Positions 57,635-64,000 of a DNA stretch of 64,000 nucleotides are shown one piece after another (position 1 is the first letter of the stretch; each line of letters begins with the position of its first letter). Location: the NCBI GenBank assembly GCA_963749525.1, contig CAVVNC010000004.1, forward strand, positions 7,046 to 71,045. Reading direction: 5' to 3'. The stretch is from an uncultured delta proteobacterium (GTDB taxonomy: Bacteria > Desulfobacterota > Syntrophorhabdia > Syntrophorhabdales > WCHB1-27). A program made the position numbers and the translations under genes. The notes under the pieces were generated by a model. It had not been told where the DNA came from and made no database searches. It worked only from the letters and a program-made list of their open reading frames with translations.

Positions 57635-58184
57635 CGGTCATGATCTTTCTTAGCTGCATGAGTATTCTGCACGTGGCGCCCCAAATCCTCTCGCCTTCGT
57701 AGTAGAATGCCGGGGCTTCAACCGTCCCTCCCTGGAACTCGATTGTCTCGGTCTGCAATTCGCATCCGAGCAGAAAGGCCACGGGGAGATAGATGAGATA
57801 GGCCACCTCCCCAGGATTGAGCCTGAACGCATAGGGGTAGGGGATTATGCCGACGTAGGGGGTGATCACGAAGCCGGTGAAAGTGTTCATGTCGTCGAGA
57901 CGGCCCACGATCTCCACATCCTCAGGCCTCACGCCGATCTCTTCGGAGCACTCCCGCATGGCCGTCTTCAGCGTATCGCCGTCGTCCGCCTCGTACACCC
58001 CCCCGGGGAACGATACTTCACCCTTGTGATACTTCACCGTGTTCGTCCGTCTGGTAAGGACGATGTGGACGCCGGCGCTCGCCTCGACAAGGGGTATCAA
58101 CACCGAGGCGCATACCTTCTTGTCGGGATTCGACGAGAGGGCAGGTCGAAAAGCGGATAGTCTGCGCCTGAGTGTGGTTATCAT
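57621..58184 (-). CDS. NUDIX hydrolase, CoA pyrophosphatase-like
   Basis: 187 aa with the Nudix box GGVYEADDGDTLKTAMRECSEEIGV. 14-nt overlap with the MFS gene. Confidence 0.8.
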   Translation of the reverse strand: MITTLRRRLSAFRPALSSNPDKKVCASVLIPLVEASAGVHIVLTRRTNTVKYHKGEVSFPGGVYEADDGDTLKTAMRECSEEIGVRPEDVEIVGRLDDMNTFTGFVITPYVGIIPYPYAFRLNPGEVAYLIYLPVAFLLGCELQTETIEFQGGTVEAPAFYYEGERIWGATCRILMQLRKIMTDETV

Positions 58185-58214
58185 GGCCCTTAATTGTAGC
58201 AGGTTGGCAAGGTG

Positions 58215-58430
58215 CGCGCAACGAGCGGGCCGCGCGCCCCCTCCACTGGCATGGCCAGCGGAGCCATCCCCTCAGAGCGGGGAGGCACGCACAGGCTTGC
58301 TGCGCGGAGGGGGTGCTGAACCGACGGCAAGACTTGCGAACGAGGGACCAGCGCCAAGGACGTCGGTAGGGGAGGGGAGCGATCCCTCTTTTATTGCGAG
58401 CTGAACCGGCAGCAAGCAGGGATTGGACCG
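58215..58430. repeat. GC-rich REP-like repeat block, copy B
   Basis: GCGCCCCCTCCAC (58234-46) is identical to 47205-17. An inverted partner CAGGCTTGCTGCGCGGAGGGGGTGC lies about 40 nt downstream. There is also an internal direct repeat GCTGAACCG.C.GCAAG, two copies. Confidence 0.55.
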
Positions 58431-58530
58431 CCACTGGACGGGACTCAGCTGCATTTGAACCCCATTAATTGCAAACTGCCTTCTTTCTGGTAAGTTATGT
58501 TCAACGGGCAAGGCCGTATCCTACGTCAAT

Positions 58531-59562
58531 ATGACCAACTTCTTCGACATCACCCTCCGGGAGCTTGAGGGCCTCCTTGAGAACCTGGGGCTCAAGCATT
58601 ATCGCGCGCACCAGATATACAAGTGGGTTTACCAGGCGGGCGTGCCGGACTTTGAGCGGATGACCAATCTGCCGAAGGGTCTGATGGTTACGCTGAAACA
58701 CATGTTCCATTTCGGGCTGCCCAACATCCAGGAGAAGGTCGCCTCGAGGGACGGCTCCATCAAGTTCCTTCTCTCCACCGAAGATGGCCACGTGGTCGAG
58801 AGCGTCCTTATGCCGGAGAATGGGAAGAGCACCCTCTGTCTTTCCACGCAGATCGGGTGCAAGATGTCGTGCGCCTTCTGCGTGACAGGCAAAGTAGGCT
58901 TCATAAGGGACCTCACTGCCTCGGAGATCGTAGGGCAGGTAATGGCGGTCAGGCCTCATATGGGCGATAGCCGGCTGACCAACATCGTGCTCATGGGTAT
59001 GGGCGAGCCCTGTGATAATGTCGACAACGTGACGAAGGCCATTGAGATCATGGAAGAACCCCTCGGTCTCAAGATCTCCCGCAGGCGACTCACGGTCTCC
59101 ACGGTCGGCCTTGTGGACGGTCTTCGCCTCATCGATCAGAGAAAGGTGCAGCTCGCCATCTCCCTCAACGCAGCCAGCGGACAGGTCCGCACGAGGCTCA
59201 TGCCTATCAACCGGGTCTATCCGCTCCATGAAGTGATCGCCTATGTGAAGAGCCTCGGCGACATGGGAAGGACGAGAGTCACCTTCGAGTACGTCATGAT
59301 CAAGGGGATAAACGATTCCGTTGAAGACGCCAGACTCCTCGCCGAACTCCTCAAAGGGGTGAAATGCAAGGTCAATCTCATTCCCTATAACGAATCGCCC
59401 TATGCAGACTTCAAGAGCCCGGCCGAAGAAGACGTCAAGCAGTTTCAGTCGTATCTTCTGAACAGGCACTTCACGGCCATAGTGCGTGATTCCCGCGCCA
59501 TCGACGTCGGGGGAGGGTGCGGCCAGCTGGGTATGAGGTACCTCCAGGACCGACGGCGATGA
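58531..59562 (+). CDS. rlmN: 23S rRNA/tRNA m2A methyltransferase RlmN (radical SAM)
   Basis: 343 aa. The CKMSCAFC radical-SAM cluster motif follows CLSTQIGC. C-terminal GGGCGQL. Confidence 0.93.
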   Translation: MTNFFDITLRELEGLLENLGLKHYRAHQIYKWVYQAGVPDFERMTNLPKGLMVTLKHMFHFGLPNIQEKVASRDGSIKFLLSTEDGHVVESVLMPENGKSTLCLSTQIGCKMSCAFCVTGKVGFIRDLTASEIVGQVMAVRPHMGDSRLTNIVLMGMGEPCDNVDNVTKAIEIMEEPLGLKISRRRLTVSTVGLVDGLRLIDQRKVQLAISLNAASGQVRTRLMPINRVYPLHEVIAYVKSLGDMGRTRVTFEYVMIKGINDSVEDARLLAELLKGVKCKVNLIPYNESPYADFKSPAEEDVKQFQSYLLNRHFTAIVRDSRAIDVGGGCGQLGMRYLQDRRR

Positions 59563-60044
59563 CCCGCTTGCCCGTGTATCGGAAATCATTTTTCACGGGT
59601 CAGGACCGCCCGGACGGTCTCCAGCTTGAGCTGCACTACGCCTCAGGGGTCGTCTACTCGGACATAACCGTGGGCAGGGCGTTCGAGGGCTACGAGAACG
59701 TGGTGCACGGCGGAATGCTCTTCGGCATTCTTGACGTCATCATGTGGTACGCCATTCTCATGGCGACGAAGAAGATCTGCATGACGAGAAAGACGGAGAC
59801 GGAATTCCTCAAGCCGGTGGCATGCGGCGCTTCCTACAGGGCTCAAGGGAGGTTTCTTCGGATCGAGGGGCGCGACGTCTGGGTGTCGTCCTGGATCGAA
59901 GACGCAGACAAGGAGCGCTGTGTAGAAGTAACGGCCCTCTTCAGGGAGCCAAAGGGGATAGATCGTGAACGGCTGCTCGGCAAGCTCGACTTCACCGGCG
60001 TCTCAACGGAGATCAGGGACTTCTTTTCGTTGGGGAGACCCTGA
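59559..60044 (+). CDS. hotdog-fold thioesterase (PaaI-like)
   Basis: 161 aa from the ATG that overlaps the rlmN TGA (ATGA). VHGGMLFGILD motif. Confidence 0.6.
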   Translation: MTRLPVYRKSFFTGQDRPDGLQLELHYASGVVYSDITVGRAFEGYENVVHGGMLFGILDVIMWYAILMATKKICMTRKTETEFLKPVACGASYRAQGRFLRIEGRDVWVSSWIEDADKERCVEVTALFREPKGIDRERLLGKLDFTGVSTEIRDFFSLGRP

Positions 60045-60089
60045 CCGCTCTTAAGCCCCCGTCTCCTGAAAAGACGGGGGCTTTTCTGC

Positions 60090-61847
60090 TCAGGCCGGGC
60101 CTGCCTCTCCCACCATTGCCTCGAGGGTCTCTGAAAGCGTCCCGATGCCTTCTTCCGTGACGCAAGAAATCGAGATTGCGCCGTAGCGGCGCTCGATCGA
60201 CTGCGCGAACTTCCTGTCGACGCGATCCACCTTGTTGAAAACGAGGAGCCGCTTTTTTTCCGAAAGCCCGAGCTTCTCGATCATGCCGTTCACAATCTCG
60301 ATCCTTTCCTCGAAATCGGGCGAGCTCAGGTCAACCAGATGGAGGAGGAGCGTTGCATCCTCCAGCTCCTCCAGAGTGGCGACGAACGCCCGAAGAAGCA
60401 CTTCCGGGAGGTCTTCGATAAAACCGACCGTGTCGGTGAGGACGATCTGCTTCCGGGCAGGGTACTTGACGAGCCTCGTCGTGGGTGCCAGCGTGCTGAA
60501 GAACCTCTCCTGGACCTCGACCGTGCTCTTCGTGAGCAGGTTGAGAAGGGTCGATTTGCCCGAGTTCGTGTAGCCGATGATGGAGACGACCGGGATGCCC
60601 GTCCCCCGCCGCTTCTCTCTCTTCCTCTCCCTCGTCTTGCCCACTTCGACGAGCCTCTTCTCCAGGAAAGATATCTTCTCCTTGATCCTCCTCCTGTTCA
60701 CCTCGAGCTTGGTCTCTCCGGGCCCTCTTCCGCCGATGCCGCCCGTCAGGCGCGAAAGGGCGGTCTCTTTTTCTCCGAGGCGGGGCAGGATGTAGCGGAG
60801 CTGGGCCAGCTCCACTTGTATCTTTGCCTCGCTTGTCTTTGCCCTCTCCGCGAATATGTCGAGGATCAGCTGGTTCCGATCGATCACTTTGAGCTCGGTA
60901 AGGGAAGATATGCTGTTGAGCTGGCTCGGTGTCAGCTCCTCGTCAAAAATGAGCATGCCTGCGCCGAGCTGCGTGGATCTCATGGCAATTTCTTCGATCT
61001 TGCCCTTTCCTACGAGGAACTTGGCGTGCAACTCCTTGGGCCGCTGCACGATCACGTCCAGCACGGAGAGGCCCGCGGAATAGGAGAGATCCTTGAGCTC
61101 GGCAATCCGCTCGTCTACGCCCTTCGCCTTGCCAGGCATCACCACGACGACAAGCACGCACTCTTCTCTCCCTTCGGTCTTCGTGACGTAGTAGGTGCCC
61201 CTCTCTCTCAAGAACTCGGCCTCCAGGGAGGTCACGAATTCGGTGAAATTGAGGCTCAGCTCATTCACCGGCAAAGGGCCGATGAAGTCCCACACCTGGC
61301 CTTTCTTGTTCGAAGGTATCAGGTAGCCGAGCTGAACGAGCTCGACGGGTTCTCCGGGTCTTTCCAGGATGCACGCGACGAGGTCGAGCTGGAGAAGGGC
61401 GAGGTCGGTCAAGTCCTCCTTTGACAGCAGTTCCCCCCTTAAATGGGTGTGGATGAACCTCAGGCCGCGAAAGCGGGCCCGGCCAACCCGCTCCGAGGAA
61501 AGGGCCGGTATTTGGATGCGCTCCCTGTCCCCCACGATCACGTATTCGACGACGCCCCTCCTGTTGACGACGAGGCCGATCTGGCGCGAGATCTCTCTTG
61601 AGATCTCCATCATGTTCCTGGCCCTGTCAAAGGAAATAACGGTGTCCGCTTCGATCTTCTTGCGGTACAGATTGAGGAGCCTCCTCTTCTGCAGCTGATT
61701 GAGGCCCTGCGTGTTTCCGTGTAGTTCTATGGCCGCCTCCCTCCATAGTATATAACCTTTCTCCGAACAAAGTATCGTTTCATGAATTCCCCGAATACTC
61801 AGGTGACCCTTTCCCAAATTGACTTTTTCCCTCCCATGGGATAGCAT
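60090..61847 (-). CDS. hflX: GTPase HflX, long form
   Basis: 585 aa ORF. The HflX N-domain, coiled linker and G domain (IGYTNSGKSTLLN, DTVGF) occupy the C-terminal 355 aa or so. About 228 aa of N-terminal extension remains, and the true start is uncertain. Confidence 0.85.
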   Translation of the reverse strand: MLSHGREKVNLGKGHLSIRGIHETILCSEKGYILWREAAIELHGNTQGLNQLQKRRLLNLYRKKIEADTVISFDRARNMMEISREISRQIGLVVNRRGVVEYVIVGDRERIQIPALSSERVGRARFRGLRFIHTHLRGELLSKEDLTDLALLQLDLVACILERPGEPVELVQLGYLIPSNKKGQVWDFIGPLPVNELSLNFTEFVTSLEAEFLRERGTYYVTKTEGREECVLVVVVMPGKAKGVDERIAELKDLSYSAGLSVLDVIVQRPKELHAKFLVGKGKIEEIAMRSTQLGAGMLIFDEELTPSQLNSISSLTELKVIDRNQLILDIFAERAKTSEAKIQVELAQLRYILPRLGEKETALSRLTGGIGGRGPGETKLEVNRRRIKEKISFLEKRLVEVGKTRERKREKRRGTGIPVVSIIGYTNSGKSTLLNLLTKSTVEVQERFFSTLAPTTRLVKYPARKQIVLTDTVGFIEDLPEVLLRAFVATLEELEDATLLLHLVDLSSPDFEERIEIVNGMIEKLGLSEKKRLLVFNKVDRVDRKFAQSIERRYGAISISCVTEEGIGTLSETLEAMVGEAGPA

Positions 61848-61923
61848 TTGTTAACCGGTAAATCCGCACCATCGGGAAGGCGCGGGATCGGGCGAGGTCC
61901 TGGAAGCCGGACGGAGGGGAAAG

Positions 61924-62355
61924 ATGTCCTACGTGAACAAGGTTATCCTTATCGGAAGGCTCGGCGCGGACCCGGAAATGCGCTACACGGCGGACGGAAC
62001 GCCGGTTGCGACTTTCCGAATCGCCACGACTGAGACGAGGAAGAACAAGGACGGTTCAAAGGTAGAACAGACCGAGTGGCATCGGATAGTAGCGTGGCGG
62101 AAGCTGGGCGAGATATCGGGCGAGTACCTGAAGAAGGGCAAGCTCGTTTACGTGGAAGGGCGGATCCAGAGCCGGGAATACGAAGGCCGGGACGGGGTCA
62201 AGAGAAAGGCCTACGAGATAGTGGCGACAAGCATGAAAATGCTGGGCGGAGGCGGCTCCTCTCCTGATGAGAGACGGGGCTATGGGCCCCCTGCCGAACA
62301 CGCCGAAGAAGAATTCGTGCACGAACCTGCGGACGAGGATGACGTTCCGCTCTGA
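61924..62355 (+). CDS. ssb: single-stranded DNA-binding protein
   Basis: 143 aa. OB fold (NKVILIGRLGADPEMRYT), Gly-rich linker and acidic tail ending DEDDVPL. Confidence 0.94.
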   Translation: MSYVNKVILIGRLGADPEMRYTADGTPVATFRIATTETRKNKDGSKVEQTEWHRIVAWRKLGEISGEYLKKGKLVYVEGRIQSREYEGRDGVKRKAYEIVATSMKMLGGGGSSPDERRGYGPPAEHAEEEFVHEPADEDDVPL

Positions 62356-62447
62356 GATACACCTTACTATCTACTTCCGCCCCCTCCTCCTGAATATCCT
62401 TCCCATCGGGCCCTTCGCGGCATGCGGCCGCGTACCCCTCGACGGGT

Positions 62448-62915
62448 CTAGAGCCAGATTTCCGGCTCCGCAACATCTTTTTCCTCTTTAGTCGAGCGTT
62501 TCCAGAAGCCTTTCTCCTCTAGGACGATCTTATCCTGACGGATTTTCCCCATCTTCCTGGAATAGACCGCGAAATCGTCCGAAAAAAAGTGGATGACCCG
62601 GCCGACGTCTCCGCCGAGGTCGGAGGCGACCAGGGGAATGCCATCGGTCTTCAAGAACTCTACTATGAAGCGGCTGTTGACTTCACCGACGCAGACGAAA
62701 TTGTCACCGCGGGTCCTGTCAACTATCATGGAGGCCTCACCAAACGCTTTGGCCCTCAGGTTCTCCCGACGGCCGCCGAGTTTCATCATGCCGTTGATGA
62801 GCAGCTCCATCGATGATCCTGCATACTCCGGGTGCCAATCATTGGTAATCGGTTTTCTTGCATCGCTGGGCGAAGGGACATTCGCTGCAAAGGAAAACTG
62901 CGTCTCCCTGGCCAA
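62448..62915 (-). CDS. cheD: CheD-like protein, N-terminally truncated and lacking the catalytic Cys
   Basis: 155-aa ORF with a TTG start and no obvious RBS. Residues 30-125 match the C-terminal two-thirds of CheD (YAGSSMELLINGMMKLGGRRENLRAKAFGEASM...ASDLGGDVGR). There is no counterpart of the GLGSC region and no Cys in the first 60 aa. Confidence 0.5.
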   Translation of the reverse strand: MARETQFSFAANVPSPSDARKPITNDWHPEYAGSSMELLINGMMKLGGRRENLRAKAFGEASMIVDRTRGDNFVCVGEVNSRFIVEFLKTDGIPLVASDLGGDVGRVIHFFSDDFAVYSRKMGKIRQDKIVLEEKGFWKRSTKEEKDVAEPEIWL

Positions 62916-62933
62916 TTTTGGCCCAAACCCTGT

Positions 62934-64000
62934 TCAGCCCACCTTGAATTGTTTGACCATTTTTTCCAGCGCCGTGGCTACCGTGGCTACCTGGGCCGCT
63001 GCAGGCGCGGCGTCTGCGACCTTCCGAGAGATATCGCTGATGACCTGCGATATCTGCTGGATGCTTTGAGACGTCTCTCCGGTTGTCGCGTTCTCCTGCT
63101 CGACCGCCACGGCTATCTGGTTTATCTGCTCGTCCACCGTGCCGATCTGGCGGGAAACATCGAGAAGAAAGCTCTTTGACCGGCTCGCTTTTTCCGTCCC
63201 GATCTCCACCTCTTTGACACTCTCTTCGATGGACGCCACGATAGCTTTGGTTTCCTCCTGCATGGCCTCGATGGTCACCGCGATCTCCCTCGTCGCCCCG
63301 GTCGTCCTTTCGGCGAGTTTCCTCACCTCGTCTGCGACCACGGCAAAACCCCGACCCTGCTCCCCCGCCCGTGCGGCCTCTATGGCTGCGTTGAGGGCGA
63401 GGAGATTCGTCTGGTCGGCAATGTCATTGATGAGTCCCACCACCTGGCCCACCTGGTCCGACCTTCTCCCCAGGGATTCGATGATGGTTGCCTGGCCTGC
63501 TACCTTAGCGGCGATGGCCTTCATCACAGCTACGGTCTCGTCTATGACAACGCCGCCCGCTTTCACCGCATCGTTCGACTGCTTGGAACTCCCCGCAGCT
63601 ACAGCGCAGTTGCGCGCTATCTCCGATGACGTGGAGGCGAGCTCTTCGGACGCCACCGCCACGGAGTTGATCTGAGCTGTGGTATCCTCGAATCCCTTCA
63701 CCATCTGCTGCATGGCTACGTCCATCTGGCCTGCCGCGGACGATATCTGCGCACTGTCATCCGCCAGATGAACCACGATCCTCCTCAGGTTATCGACAAA
63801 TGCGTTGAACTGGAGGCTCATCCCGTCGGCCGAGTCCGCCTCTATCCGCTCCGTCAGGTCGCCTTTTGCCACGATGCTCACACCTTTGGTCACCCTGTCG
63901 AGGGTGGACCTGATGAGCCCGGCCACGGAGAAGTTGATCACCAGGGAGACAATCATCGTCATTACGACGAGCGCGAAGAGAACGATCCGTGGGACCCCCG
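62934..64000 (-). CDS. methyl-accepting chemotaxis protein, 5' end outside the window
   Basis: TM helix, HAMP domain and MA signalling domain with the hairpin core [33 protein letters not shown]. The frame stays open to the window edge. Confidence 0.92.
   Translation of the reverse strand, partial: GVPRIVLFALVVMTMIVSLVINFSVAGLIRSTLDRVTKGVSIVAKGDLTERIEADSADGMSLQFNAFVDNLRRIVVHLADDSAQISSAAGQMDVAMQQMVKGFEDTTAQINSVAVASEELASTSSEIARNCAVAAGSSKQSNDAVKAGGVVIDETVAVMKAIAAKVAGQATIIESLGRRSDQVGQVVGLINDIADQTNLLALNAAIEAARAGEQGRGFAVVADEVRKLAERTTGATREIAVTIEAMQEETKAIVASIEESVKEVEIGTEKASRSKSFLLDVSRQIGTVDEQINQIAVAVEQENATTGETSQSIQQISQVISDISRKVADAAPAAAQVATVATALEKMVKQFKVG

Overview
Origin-proximal core-genome window of a GC-rich diderm bacterium, about 70 tightly packed genes. 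The lineage is not identifiable from sequence alone. LPS and outer-membrane genes, a membrane pyrophosphatase and a COG1900 homocysteine gene suggest an anaerobe-like lifestyle. Everything from 22 to 15574 is on the minus strand: lipoprotein, dnaA-dnaN-gyrB-coaE-rho-rpmE-prfA-prmC-murA-hisDGBH, secreted protein. From 15.8 kb onward genes are mostly on the plus strand: rpsB-tsf-pyrH-frr-uppS-cdsA-dxr-rseP-tsaB, cysK plus COG1900, trxA, rsmG-parAB, atpF'FHAGDC, hppA, lpxK-leuACD-asd, relA, acs. Interspersed minus-strand units are a bamD-like gene, rpmB, nudix-MFS-der, hflX and mcp-cheD. I found no rRNA, tRNA, CRISPR array, transposase, prophage or obvious defence island. I see no convincing novel multi-gene system. 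The dominant observation is technical. At least 14 genes, several of them essential, are broken by single-base frame shifts that all sit in short homopolymer runs. I read these as assembly or base-calling errors, not pseudogenes, and this colours every fusion or truncation call below. Items worth a second look: a BamD-linker-OstA/LptA-like fusion ORF; an apparent CdsA-Dxr read-through ORF (probably an artefact); a cysK-adjacent COG1900 gene; variant DnaA-box clusters on both sides of dnaA plus a strand switch at about 15.6-16.0 kb; an unlisted 43-aa basic ORF; GC-rich REP-like repeats; an N-terminally truncated Cys-less CheD-like ORF in frame behind an MCP; paired TTGTG/CACAA palindromes at the acs promoter; and two strong orphan promoters driving structured leaders. 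All promoter, terminator and RNA calls come from manual pattern reading only.
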